From: Clostridia bacterium
GTDB taxonomy: Bacteria > Bacillota > Clostridia > RGIG6154
Reading direction: 5' to 3'
Length of the DNA: 43,273 bases
NCBI GenBank assembly: GCA_045589295.1
Contig: JAZNOU010000003.1
Coordinates: 1-43,273 of the forward strand
Below are positions 23,353 through 32,309 of the stretch, one piece after another (positions within the stretch are counted from its first letter, which is position 1; the number at the start of each line of letters is the position of its first letter). Both the position numbers and the translations under genes were made by a program. The notes beneath the pieces were generated by a model. It saw nothing but the letters and a program-made list of their open reading frames with translations. It was not told where the DNA came from and made no database searches.

Positions 23353-24383
23353 ATTACCACGCTCTCATCACCCTTAGTGATTTTACCGATAAGGTATGCA
23401 TCTTCACCGTTTGATTTTAATACTTCAATTGCTTTTTCAGCATCTTCTTTAGAAACAACGATACTCATACCAACACCCATATTGAATGTATTGAACATAT
23501 CACGTTCAGAAATGTTTCCTATTTTTGCGATAAGTTCAAAAATTGGAAGAACTCTTACTGCGCTTCTGTCAATCTTAGCAGTAAAGCCATCCGGAATGCT
23601 TCGTGGAATATTTTCATAAAAACCGCCACCTGTGATATGTGAAACAGCTTTAACTTTAACATTTTTGAAAAGTTCAAGCATTGGTTTAACATAAATCTTT
23701 GTAGGAGTAAGCAATGTTTCTCCAACCGATTTGTTGCCAAGTTCTGCAACAGGAGTTTTCAAATCAGCATTTTCAACATCAAATACTTTTCTTACAAGTG
23801 AAAAACCATTTGAGTGAACGCCACTTGAAGGAAGAGCAATAATAACGTCGCCTTCTTCAATTGTTTTGTTATCGAGAATTTTATCTTTATCAACAACACC
23901 AACTGCAAAACCTGCTAAGTCGTATTCATCTTCAGGATAGAATCCAGGCATTTCAGCAGTTTCACCGCCTATCAAAGCAGCACCTGACTGCACACAACCT
24001 TCAGCAACACCTGAAACAATCTGTGCAACTTTTTCAGGAAAGTTCTTTCCAACTGCAATATAATCAAGGAAAAACAACGGTTTAGCACCACAGCAGATGA
24101 TATCGTTAACGCACATAGCAACACAATCAATACCAACTGTATCGTGCTTGTCCATTAAAAATGCCATTTTAAGCTTTGTTCCAACACCATCTGTACCACT
24201 AACAAGAACTGGGTTTTTAATGTCAGATAAATCAAGATTAAACAATCCGCCAAATCCTCCAATATCTGATACCACTCCACTTGTCATTGTTCTTGCAATG
24301 TGCTGTTTCATAAGTCTTACTGCTTCATAACCTGCAGTAATATCTACACCTGCTTCTTTGTAACTTTCACTAAAACTTTTCAA
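23346..24383 (-). CDS. purM: Phosphoribosylaminoimidazole (AIR) synthetase
   Basis: [48 protein letters not shown]; TTG start. Confidence 0.97.
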   Translation of the reverse strand: MKSFSESYKEAGVDITAGYEAVRLMKQHIARTMTSGVVSDIGGFGGLFNLDLSDIKNPVLVSGTDGVGTKLKMAFLMDKHDTVGIDCVAMCVNDIICCGAKPLFFLDYIAVGKNFPEKVAQIVSGVAEGCVQSGAALIGGETAEMPGFYPEDEYDLAGFAVGVVDKDKILDNKTIEEGDVIIALPSSGVHSNGFSLVRKVFDVENADLKTPVAELGNKSVGETLLTPTKIYVKPMLELFKNVKVKAVSHITGGGFYENIPRSIPDGFTAKIDRSAVRVLPIFELIAKIGNISERDMFNTFNMGVGMSIVVSKEDAEKAIEVLKSNGEDAYLIGKITKGDESVVIC

Positions 24384-24459
24384 AACAAAAACTCCTCTCC
24401 ATCAACTTTATAGTAGCACAAAACTTTCCTGATAAAATATCAGAAAAGTTTTGAAATTA

Positions 24460-24960
24460 TTAACCATTAAAACTAAATTTTTCAGAAATCATCTTATCTT
24501 TTTCTAAAACTTTTTCACTTGCAGCTTTTCTCATTGCTGCAAATTTTGTTGCAATCTCTTCATCTGATACTGCAAGGATTTGTAATGCTAACAGTGCAGC
24601 ATTTTCTGCGCCATCAATAGCAACTGTTGCAACAGGCATACCGGACGGCATCTGAACTGTTGACAAAAGAGCATCCAAGCCATCAAGAGTAGATGATTTA
24701 ACAGGAATACCAATTACAGGCAAAATAGTATTTGCTGCAATAGCACCTGCCAAATGTGCAGCCTTTCCAGCTGCAGCAATTACTGCACCAAAACCATTTT
24801 CTTTAAGTGTTGAAGCAAACTCTTTTGTTTCAACAGGTGTTCTGTGCGCAGAAAGCACGCGCACCTCACATGGTACACCAAATTCTTTTATTTTATTAAT
24901 ACATTTTTCCATAACTGGCAAGTCGCTGTCGCTTCCCATTACAACTGCTATTTTTCTCAT
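24460..24960 (-). CDS. purE: N5-CAIR mutase / AIR carboxylase
   Basis: MGSDSD, SAHRTP, AGKAAHL, PVIGIP, STVQMP.G.PVATV. Confidence 0.97.
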   Translation of the reverse strand: MRKIAVVMGSDSDLPVMEKCINKIKEFGVPCEVRVLSAHRTPVETKEFASTLKENGFGAVIAAAGKAAHLAGAIAANTILPVIGIPVKSSTLDGLDALLSTVQMPSGMPVATVAIDGAENAALLALQILAVSDEEIATKFAAMRKAASEKVLEKDKMISEKFSFNG

Positions 24961-24976
24961 AACAACCTCCTGTTTT

Positions 24977-25017
24977 AAAAAAGGGCAATCCCCTAAGTTT
25001 TAAATAAAGGATTGCCC
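24977..25017 (-). terminator. Riboswitch-controlled attenuator terminator upstream of purE
   Basis: Minus strand reads GGGCAATCC...GGATTGCCC-TTTTTT; the 5' arm overlaps the 3' end of the ZTP aptamer. Confidence 0.85.
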
Positions 25018-25085
25018 AGACGGTCGACATAATTATTTTCTTTATTCCCTGTGGTTTGCCCACTTATCCGTCAGTCATAAAGAAC
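25013..25085 (-). ncRNA. ZMP/ZTP riboswitch (pfl motif) aptamer
   Basis: Minus strand: GTTCTTTATGACTGACGGATAAGTGGGCAAACCACAGGGAATAAAGAA-linker-GTCGACCGTCTGGGCA. P1 is TTCTTTAT/ATAAAGAA, P2 is GTGG/CCAC, and the pseudoknot GACGG/CCGTC is intact. Located upstream of purine genes. Confidence 0.93.
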
Positions 25086-25093
25086 ACATAAAT

Positions 25094-25122
25094 ATGATAC
25101 CATATTTTTGAAATTTAGTCAA
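25094..25122 (-). promoter_or_regulatory. Sigma-A promoter of the pur operon
   Basis: TTGACT-17 nt-TATCAT with an extended -10 TG, ending about 8 nt before the riboswitch 5' end. Confidence 0.8.
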
Positions 25123-25163
25123 CAGAATTTAACATATATAATTGTAATTTTACAAAAATTATC

Positions 25164-25835
25164 TTAATCTTTAAACATTTGTCTCATAAGCAAGATTGCC
25201 TTTTTTTCAAGTCTGGAAATCTGCACTTGAGAAACCCCCATCATATCTGCAATTTCACTCTGAGTTTTTTGTTTGAAAAACCTTAGTTTCACTATTTGTT
25301 TTAATCGCTCGTCAAGCTTTTCGATAGCATCTTTTAAAAACATTTCGTCTTCTATTTTTGTATCCTGCTGGTCATTTACATATAATGTATCCAAAATATA
25401 TGTTTCATTTTTTGTTTCTGAATAAATTGATTCAACCGGAACTGACGCCTCAAGCGCCTCAACCACAATTTCTTTATCAAACCCTGTATATTCACATATT
25501 TCATCCACTCTTGGTTCTATGCCATTTTTCTTATAAAGTGCATCAATCGCAAATTTAACTTTTATAGCCGTTTCCTTTGTTTTTCGCGGAATTTTAATTA
25601 TACCGTCGTCTCTGAAAAATCTTTTAATTTCACCTATTATAAGTGATACTGCGTAAGTTGAAAACTTAGTGCCAATTTCTGAATTGAATTTTTTTGATGC
25701 CTTAATCAATCCCACAGAACCTATTTGTACTATATCTTCAAAATCTATTCCTCGCCCCGTAAATTTTTTTGCTACCATATATACCAGTCCAATATTTTTT
25801 TCAACCAGCATATTTTCCTCAGTTAGTTTAGTCAT
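25164..25835 (-). CDS. sigF: RNA polymerase sporulation sigma factor F (SpoIIAC)
   Basis: FSTYAV..IIGEIKRFFRDDG.IK.PR, KTQSEIA..MGVSQVQISRLEK; third gene of the spoIIA operon. Confidence 0.92.
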   Translation of the reverse strand: MTKLTEENMLVEKNIGLVYMVAKKFTGRGIDFEDIVQIGSVGLIKASKKFNSEIGTKFSTYAVSLIIGEIKRFFRDDGIIKIPRKTKETAIKVKFAIDALYKKNGIEPRVDEICEYTGFDKEIVVEALEASVPVESIYSETKNETYILDTLYVNDQQDTKIEDEMFLKDAIEKLDERLKQIVKLRFFKQKTQSEIADMMGVSQVQISRLEKKAILLMRQMFKD

Positions 25836-26259
25836 TTGTTCCTATTACTTTCCTCATAATTATTTTGGTACCGCAACCAGGGTTTGAATAAACCTCAAGT
25901 TCATCCATAAATGTTTCCATAACAGTAAACCCCATCCCTGACCTTTCCATTTCGGGTTGTGTTGTAAAAAGAGGTTTCCTTGCCTCTTCAATGTCTTTTA
26001 TTCCTATACCCTTGTCTTCAATAATTATTGTGAGCCTGTTTTCAAAATACTCAGCCGACATAAAAACAACACCATTTTTGTTTCTGTAACCATGCACAAC
26101 AGAATTTGTTACCGCCTCCGAAACCGCCGTCTTTATATCACACAGTTCATCTAAAGATGGATTTAAATCCGCAACAAAATGCGCTATTATCTGCCTTGCA
26201 GTTTTTTCATTTTCTGCACATGCTTTAAATTGAGTATATATATAATTACTGTTCATCAT
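25828..26259 (-). CDS. spoIIAB: Anti-sigma F factor / kinase
   Basis: IKTAVSEAVTNSVVHGY, D.GIGI, PLFTT.PE.ERSGMGFTVME.FMD. Confidence 0.96.
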   Translation of the reverse strand: MMNSNYIYTQFKACAENEKTARQIIAHFVADLNPSLDELCDIKTAVSEAVTNSVVHGYRNKNGVVFMSAEYFENRLTIIIEDKGIGIKDIEEARKPLFTTQPEMERSGMGFTVMETFMDELEVYSNPGCGTKIIMRKVIGTND

Positions 26260-26579
26260 TCCACCTCACACACTGTATTAAAAACTATTGGCACAAGTTT
26301 ATTTATGCCGGAAATATTTATAATTTTCATAACAGCATCGCGAGGATTGTTTATGTAAACTGCTCCTCCGATTGCATTGATAATTTTGTATCTTCCCAAG
26401 ATCATTCCAATTCCTGCACTATCCATAAAATCCACATCAGAAAAATCAAACACTAGATTTTTAATTGGTCTTTTATTAATTTCATCATCTATTTTTTTCC
26501 TTATTTCCGCTGCATTTCTGTGGTCAATATCTTCTTTAAGTTTTACAGTCAAGGTGTTGTTTGTTACTAAAATATTCAT
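26256..26579 (-). CDS. spoIIAA: Anti-anti-sigma F factor (STAS domain)
   Basis: IDH, FMDSAGIGMILGRYK with the phosphorylated Ser. Start placed at the ATG at 26579 after AGGAGGAG. Confidence 0.95.
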   Translation of the reverse strand: MNILVTNNTLTVKLKEDIDHRNAAEIRKKIDDEINKRPIKNLVFDFSDVDFMDSAGIGMILGRYKIINAIGGAVYINNPRDAVMKIINISGINKLVPIVFNTVCEVE

Positions 26580-26643
26580 ATTCTCCTCCTTTTTAAGCAC
26601 TTACAAATAAAATAATACCTTAATATTTTTAAAAATTAGGCAG

Positions 26644-26683
26644 AAAAAAGTCGCAAACTCTATAAAAGTTTACGACTTTTTTT
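26644..26683. terminator. Intrinsic terminator after valS
   Basis: AAAAAAGTCGCAAACT / AGTTTACGACTTTTTT inverted repeat about 10 nt beyond the valS stop. Confidence 0.8.
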
Positions 26684-26692
26684 GCATATTTG

Positions 26693-29326
26693 TTAATTTA
26701 ATTTTTCTAAACTTTCAAGAACTTTTTCAAGCATCTGACGATATTTTACGCCTTTTTCTTTTTCTTCTTCAATAAGTCTTGCAGGTGCTTTTGCAACAAA
26801 TCCCTGATTTGCAAGTTTGCCTTCAACACGTTTAACTTCTGCTTCTAAACGCTGTTTTTCTTTCAAGAGACGTTCTTTTTCTTTTTCCATATCAACTAAA
26901 TCGCCCATAGGTATAAGAATCTGTGCACCTTCTGAAACAACAACAGTTGCATCTTCTAAAACAAACGCTTCATCAACAAGTTCAACTTCAGATGCATTTG
27001 CAAGTTTTTTGAAGAACACTTCGCCATTTTCAAACACATCTTTAAATTCAGTTTTGATATAAAGGTGTGCTTTTCTTGAAACCGGAACATTCATTGTAGC
27101 TCTTGTGTTTCTGATAGCCTTAATTGCTTCCATGATGAGTTCGAGTTCTTTTTCTTCTTTTTCAAAGTTCATTTTAGCATTGTATACAGGCCATTTTGCA
27201 CGCATAATTGTTTCGCCTTCGTGTGGAAGATGCTGCCAAATTTCTTCTGTGATAAAAGGCATAAATGGATGTAAAAGTGTAAGTGTGTTGTTCATAACAT
27301 AAACCAAAACACTCTGAGCAACTTTGTTTGTCGGGTCTTCTGCTTCGTATAAGCGAGGCTTAACCAACTCAATATACCAATCACATAAATCATCCCAGAT
27401 AAAGTCGTAAAGTTTTGCAACTGCAACACCAAGTTCAAACTTATCAAGATTTTCAGTAACTTCCTTTGTTAAAGTATTGAGTTTGCTGATAATCCACTTA
27501 TCTTCAATGCAAAGTTTTTCTTTATCTATTTCTGCAATGTTTTCATCTGTTAAATTCATAAGAACAAATCTCGAAGCATTCCAGATTTTGTTAGCAAAGT
27601 TTCTGCTCGCCTCAACACGTTCTTCGTAATATCTCATATCATTTCCCGGTGAGTTACCTGTTGCTAATGTAAATCTTAAAGCATCCGCACCGTATTTATC
27701 AATAACTTCAAGCGGATTTACACCATTACCCAATGACTTAGACATTTTTCTACCTTGGCTATCACGAACAATACCGTGAATAAACACGTGTTCAAAAGGT
27801 GCTTTGCCAGTATGTTCCAAAGCTGAGAACACCATTCTTGCAACCCAGAAGAAGATAATATCATATCCTGTAACCAATGTACTTGTAGGATAGAAATATT
27901 TAAGATCTTCTGTATTTTCCGGCCAACCAAGTGTTGAAAATGGCCAGAGCGCAGAACTAAACCATGTATCTAATACATCTTCTTCCTGACGGAGTTTGCC
28001 ACCGCACTTTGGACATGTGTGTAAATCTTCTTTAGATACAAACATTTCACCGCAATCATCACAATAGAATGCAGGTATTCTATGTCCCCACCAAAGCTGT
28101 CTTGAAATACACCAGTCGCGTACATTTTCCATCCATGATAAATATGTTTTTGAAAATCTTTCAGGAACAAATTTTAAGGTTCCGTCATTTATAACTTCAA
28201 TTGCAGGCTTAGCAAGAGGTTCCATTTTAACAAACCACTGTTTAGAAGCAATTGGTTCAACAGTTGTACCACATCTATAACATGTTCCAACATTATGAAC
28301 GTGTTTTTCAGTCTTAATCAACAATCCTTCTGCCTCAAGGTCAGCAATAATTGCTTTTCGAGCTTCATATCTGTCCATACCCTGATATTTGCCGCCAAAC
28401 TCATTAACACAAGCATTATCATCCAAAACTTTAATAACCTCAAGGTCGTGTCTTTTTCCAACTTCAAAGTCATTAGGATCGTGTGCAGGTGTGATTTTTA
28501 CGCAACCTGTACCAAAATCTTTTTCTACATATTCATCTGCAATAACAGGAATTTCTCTGCCAACGAGAGGCAAAATCAACATTTTACCCACAATGTTCTT
28601 GTATCTTTCATCTTCAGGATGAACAGCAACCGCTGTATCACCAAGCAAAGTTTCAGGTCTTGTTGTAGCAATAATTACAAATTCATCGCTACCTTTTACT
28701 GGATATTTAATATGCCAGAAAGCGCCTTCCTGCTCCTGATATTCAACCTCAGCATCTGACAATGCAGTTGCACAATCAGGACACCAGTTAATAATTCTGT
28801 TGCCTCTGTATATCAAGCCTTTTTCATACAAATTGCAGAATACTTCTTTAACAGCTTTTGAACAACCTTCATCCATAGTAAAGCGTTCCCTTGACCAATC
28901 ACATGATGAACCAAGTTTTTTAAGCTGATTTGTAATGGTACTTCCATACTTAGCTTTCCAGTCCCACACCATTTCTAAGAATTTTTCTCTGCCAACATCA
29001 TGGCGTGTAAGCCCTTGTTCTTTTCTTAAAGTTTCTTCAACTTTAATTTGAGTTGCAATTCCGGCATGATCTGTTCCCGGTACCCAAAGTGCTTCAAAAC
29101 CGGCAAGTCTTTTATATCTGATTAAAATATCCTGGAGTGTTTCATCCAAAGCATGTCCCATATGAAGCTGTCCTGTCACATTTGGAGGTGGGATAACAAT
29201 TGTATATGGCTCTTTTTTAGAATTAGGGCTTGCCTTGAAATAGCCATTTTCCTCCCAAGTTTTATACAACCTGTCTTCAAACTGCTTAGGGTCGTAATTC
29301 TTTTCTATATTCTGATGCTTACACAT
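26693..29326 (-). CDS. valS: Valine--tRNA ligase
   Basis: [13 protein letters not shown] (HIGH), [18 protein letters not shown]-terminal coiled coil. Confidence 0.98.
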   Translation of the reverse strand: MCKHQNIEKNYDPKQFEDRLYKTWEENGYFKASPNSKKEPYTIVIPPPNVTGQLHMGHALDETLQDILIRYKRLAGFEALWVPGTDHAGIATQIKVEETLRKEQGLTRHDVGREKFLEMVWDWKAKYGSTITNQLKKLGSSCDWSRERFTMDEGCSKAVKEVFCNLYEKGLIYRGNRIINWCPDCATALSDAEVEYQEQEGAFWHIKYPVKGSDEFVIIATTRPETLLGDTAVAVHPEDERYKNIVGKMLILPLVGREIPVIADEYVEKDFGTGCVKITPAHDPNDFEVGKRHDLEVIKVLDDNACVNEFGGKYQGMDRYEARKAIIADLEAEGLLIKTEKHVHNVGTCYRCGTTVEPIASKQWFVKMEPLAKPAIEVINDGTLKFVPERFSKTYLSWMENVRDWCISRQLWWGHRIPAFYCDDCGEMFVSKEDLHTCPKCGGKLRQEEDVLDTWFSSALWPFSTLGWPENTEDLKYFYPTSTLVTGYDIIFFWVARMVFSALEHTGKAPFEHVFIHGIVRDSQGRKMSKSLGNGVNPLEVIDKYGADALRFTLATGNSPGNDMRYYEERVEASRNFANKIWNASRFVLMNLTDENIAEIDKEKLCIEDKWIISKLNTLTKEVTENLDKFELGVAVAKLYDFIWDDLCDWYIELVKPRLYEAEDPTNKVAQSVLVYVMNNTLTLLHPFMPFITEEIWQHLPHEGETIMRAKWPVYNAKMNFEKEEKELELIMEAIKAIRNTRATMNVPVSRKAHLYIKTEFKDVFENGEVFFKKLANASEVELVDEAFVLEDATVVVSEGAQILIPMGDLVDMEKEKERLLKEKQRLEAEVKRVEGKLANQGFVAKAPARLIEEEKEKGVKYRQMLEKVLESLEKLN

Positions 29327-29362
29327 TAAAAACTCATTCCTTTGCTTAATAATACTTTTTAC

Positions 29363-29542
29363 TTAAATCTGAGCTAGAGCTAACGAGACCTCAGCCTCAG
29401 GGACCAAAACTTCGTATGTCACAGGCTCATTTTCCGCAGATATTCTTTTTTTAACTCTTACTTTTACAGATAAATCCTCAAGTGTCAGTTTTATATTTTT
29501 GGCAATGTCAATTTCATCTGTTACAAAAATCACTGTCCACAT
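29363..29542 (-). CDS. Small conserved-looking hypothetical protein (59 aa; MWTVIF...YEVLVPEAE)
   Basis: ATG at 29542 after GAGGTG; fills the gap between the methyltransferase and valS. The pattern resembles small clostridial ferredoxin-like-fold (DUF2007-like) proteins; this is from recall only. Confidence 0.75.
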   Translation of the reverse strand: MWTVIFVTDEIDIAKNIKLTLEDLSVKVRVKKRISAENEPVTYEVLVPEAEVSLALAQI

Positions 29543-29554
29543 AATACACCTCAA

Positions 29555-30391
29555 CTACTTACTCAAAACGCAAACAACCATTTTAGTAAAACAATCATTT
29601 AAAAGTTTAATTCTTGAAAATGGTGCTAAAAAGTTTCTCAGCGGAACTTCACGGTAATATTCAAGATTAAACTTTGTCTCATTGATTATTTTATTGAAGC
29701 GTTTTGAACTCATTTTATTTATATATGAAAAATACTCTTTTCCATCATTATTAACCCCTATTCTGAAGTTAATTCTTTCATCACCATCAGGATTATCTTT
29801 CATAATCTCTTTATAGCCATCAATTAAAGTTTTTTCCTTAAATATAAGATGAACCCATGGAATACCAATTGCATCGCTTAAATGAGCACCAAAAGGATGG
29901 TTATATGGTGGAAAATTAATGTATAATTTTCCATTTGGTTTTAATACTCTGTACACTTCTTGCAAAACTGCTGCAGGATCTTGAACATGTTCCATCGCAT
30001 CATTCATTATAACAGTATCAAACACACTATCATTAAATGGCATTTTTGCGGCATCTGCACTAACAAACTCAAACCCTTCAAGATTCAACTTTTTCATAAG
30101 TGAGTTTGATTCATCTTTATATTTTTCAACGACATCAACGCCTGTAACATGCTCTGCGCCTTTTGAAAGATAGTAAAGGGATTTTCCTCCCGCACCACAA
30201 CCGATATCAAGAACATTTTTCCCAAAAAACATCTCTTTTTCATCAGTATGATCTAAATAAAATTTAATTGTATCAATACCCTTTTCAAATTGCCACTCGG
30301 CATATGTCATCTCGCCATTTTGCTGCATATTAAACGGATGTTTAGGTAGCTTAAAAAATTTGTTTAAGCACAACAACTGCTTTACCGACAT
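29555..30391 (-). CDS. Class I SAM-dependent methyltransferase, substrate unknown
   Basis: VLDIGCGAGG motif I, GVD, DA..MPF.D..FD.V, EHV.DP, RVLKPNG; SD AGGAGGT. Confidence 0.9.
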   Translation of the reverse strand: MSVKQLLCLNKFFKLPKHPFNMQQNGEMTYAEWQFEKGIDTIKFYLDHTDEKEMFFGKNVLDIGCGAGGKSLYYLSKGAEHVTGVDVVEKYKDESNSLMKKLNLEGFEFVSADAAKMPFNDSVFDTVIMNDAMEHVQDPAAVLQEVYRVLKPNGKLYINFPPYNHPFGAHLSDAIGIPWVHLIFKEKTLIDGYKEIMKDNPDGDERINFRIGVNNDGKEYFSYINKMSSKRFNKIINETKFNLEYYREVPLRNFLAPFSRIKLLNDCFTKMVVCVLSK

Positions 30392-30425
30392 ACACTACCT
30401 CCTAACCATAATATAACAATTTATT

Positions 30426-30454
30426 ATTATAACCTTATCTTTCGAAAAAGTCAA
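30426..30454 (-). promoter_or_regulatory. Sigma-A promoter for the methyltransferase-small ORF-valS operon
   Basis: Minus strand reads TTGACT-17 nt-TATAAT. Confidence 0.75.
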
Positions 30455-30478
30455 TAGAAATTATTTTATTACATTCTA

Positions 30479-30507
30479 TTGACAAACAAAATTTTTTTGT
30501 GTATAAT
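30479..30507 (+). promoter_or_regulatory. Sigma-A promoter of tRNA-Pro
   Basis: Perfect consensus TTGACA-17 nt-TATAAT, 12 nt upstream of the tRNA. Confidence 0.9.
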
Positions 30508-30519
30508 GTGTAGCGTTAT

Positions 30520-30595
30520 CTGGGTGTGGCGCAGATGGTAGCGTGCTTGAATGGGGTTCAAGAGGCCATGAGTTCAAATCTCATCACTCAGACCA
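30520..30595 (+). tRNA. tRNA-Pro (anticodon GGG)
   Basis: 76 nt. Acceptor CTGGGTG/CACTCAG, D-arm GCGC-AGATGGTA-GCGT, anticodon arm CTTGA-ATGGGGT-TCAAG, T-loop TTCAAAT, encoded ACCA end. Confidence 0.96.
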
Positions 30596-30597
30596 AT

Positions 30598-30668
30598 AAG
30601 AGGAACTTTGAATGTAAGTTTCTCTTTTTTTTTACAAAAAAACCGGTACAAATGTACCGGCTTTTTTT
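30598..30668. terminator. Two tandem terminators between the convergent tRNA-Pro and sipL-like gene
   Basis: AAGAGGAACTT/AAGTTTCTCTT followed by a T-run (30598-30633), then A7-CCGGTACA-AA-TGTACCGG-C-T7 (30636-30668). Confidence 0.8.
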
Positions 30669-32211
30669 AAATCCTAAACTTAGGAATAAGTATCTGCATT
30701 CCTTTTTGAATTTCATTATCCAATCCCTCATTAATTTTTCTTATAGCGTCTATGGTTGTGTAATACTTCTTTGCTATATCCCACAACGAATCATTTTCCT
30801 GAGCAAAATATACTGTAACAGAAGCAATGTCATTTTCAAGAGGCGCAGAATCCTCGGCAACATCAGCAATTATTTGTGTATCAACATTATTCCATATAAT
30901 ACCATCTACTTTTACATTTACTCTCAAATCTATGTTATTGATATCATTTATTGCATAAGACGTATTTAAAACTTTAATATCTACTAATCCATCAGGTGAT
31001 GTTTTGGTTCCGCAATCAAACATTTTTGAAAATTCAATTTCATTTTTCACACAATATATCGGCACATCCTTTTCTTCAGTTATATATAAAACATAATTAT
31101 CAATAGTTCCATATACAATAAATTTATCCCCATCTTTTTCTGCTTTTTCAATATATGCTTTTGAAAACACATCATACACCTTACTTATAGCAGGTTCGTT
31201 ATCATTTATTGAAATTTGTGTTTTTAGTGTTTCCTCATAATCTATATCACAGATTTTTTCAGGCAATCTTGCAACTATTGTTTGTGTCTGCAAATTTGCA
31301 GTTGTTGAGTAACAGTCATTAACTGTACTCAAGGTTTCTTCTCTCATAGCCATAATATTAACTTTAATTTCAGTAGACGTTTCAATTCCTCTGATCTCGC
31401 CATTTGAATCTTCCTGGCAATTATAAAAATTATCTGTAACAACAAGTCGTGTGTTACACAAATCTTCTGCCTTAATTCCATCTACATCCAGTATTTCTGT
31501 GAATGGTACTGCACTATTTACTATTTTTATATCATTTTCTCCCGCGTCAGTGTATGCACAATTTAATTTTAATTCCCCTTTTAAAATCACCTTATTACTT
31601 ATAACTTTTGTTGAGAATTCACTCACAGTTGGCGACACCTTAATTATTTCTGCAATTGAATTTTCGGCTTGAGGTATTATAATATTTTCGTTAACAATAA
31701 TTTTTCTTGTATGATCAGCAACATTTGAAAGAAACGATATGTCCGATTTTTTAACCTGTACACACTCATCAACAATGTTATCAACATATTCTGTACTAAT
31801 CATTTCTCCAATGCTCGCCCAAACATCCACGGAACTTTTTACTGAAAATTTCCTGCCATTAATTATCTTGAAACTTACTCCTGAAACATCTGTTTCAAAA
31901 TTGCCTGTCATTTTAGGATTTATCCCATCTAAAGAAACAACATCGGTAAACGGTGTAGTAGTTTTTATACTGTGCAGTGCATCTGTACCATCATCGGCAG
32001 AATATATTATATTAAAATTAACATTACCATTTACCAATACTCTGTCACTTTGAATTTCACTGCTTGTCATTTTTGCGAAAGCATCAACTTGAAGAATTTT
32101 TTTAATATCAGGTTTTGTATCTGGCACAATAACATCGGAATCTGTATCAACAGTAAAAGTTTTGTTTGCCACTTTTTCTGTCCAAAAAATTTTTTCCTTA
32201 ATAATTTCCAT
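30667..32211 (-). CDS. sipL: SPOCS (DUF3794) repeat plus C-terminal LysM spore coat morphogenetic protein, SipL-like
   Basis: IVPDTKPDI.KIL N-terminal motif, three similar beta-rich repeats, C-terminal LysM (DSLWDIAKKYYTTIDAIRKIN...G.QILIP). Confidence 0.85.
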   Translation of the reverse strand: MEIIKEKIFWTEKVANKTFTVDTDSDVIVPDTKPDIKKILQVDAFAKMTSSEIQSDRVLVNGNVNFNIIYSADDGTDALHSIKTTTPFTDVVSLDGINPKMTGNFETDVSGVSFKIINGRKFSVKSSVDVWASIGEMISTEYVDNIVDECVQVKKSDISFLSNVADHTRKIIVNENIIIPQAENSIAEIIKVSPTVSEFSTKVISNKVILKGELKLNCAYTDAGENDIKIVNSAVPFTEILDVDGIKAEDLCNTRLVVTDNFYNCQEDSNGEIRGIETSTEIKVNIMAMREETLSTVNDCYSTTANLQTQTIVARLPEKICDIDYEETLKTQISINDNEPAISKVYDVFSKAYIEKAEKDGDKFIVYGTIDNYVLYITEEKDVPIYCVKNEIEFSKMFDCGTKTSPDGLVDIKVLNTSYAINDINNIDLRVNVKVDGIIWNNVDTQIIADVAEDSAPLENDIASVTVYFAQENDSLWDIAKKYYTTIDAIRKINEGLDNEIQKGMQILIPKFRI

Positions 32212-32239
32212 ATTTTCCCCTCACTTTATGTTTTTTTAA

Positions 32240-32267
32240 ATAGTATGTATATTTTAATAATATATTC
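32240..32267 (-). promoter_or_regulatory. Putative sigma-E promoter of the sipL-like gene
   Basis: Minus strand reads GAATA-15 nt-CATACTAT, close to the sigma-E consensus; sipL is sigma-E dependent in C. difficile. Confidence 0.55.
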
Positions 32268-32275
32268 CTAACTTT

Positions 32276-32304
32276 GCATATTTTAACATTAAGCAGAAAT
32301 ACTA
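32276..32304 (+). promoter_or_regulatory. Putative sigma-G promoter of the germinant receptor operon
   Basis: GCATA-17 nt-AATACTA, close to the sigma-G consensus; ger operons are sigma-G dependent in Bacillus and Clostridium. Confidence 0.5.
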
Positions 32305-32309
32305 TTCCT

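Noticed and set aside
30520-30668. tRNA-Pro as an integration site for an island
   Set aside because: It is followed directly by terminators and a core sporulation gene; I saw no duplicated tRNA 3' end or integrase.
30526-30969. 147-aa plus-strand ORF
   Set aside because: Starts inside tRNA-Pro, crosses two terminators and is antisense to the sipL-like gene.
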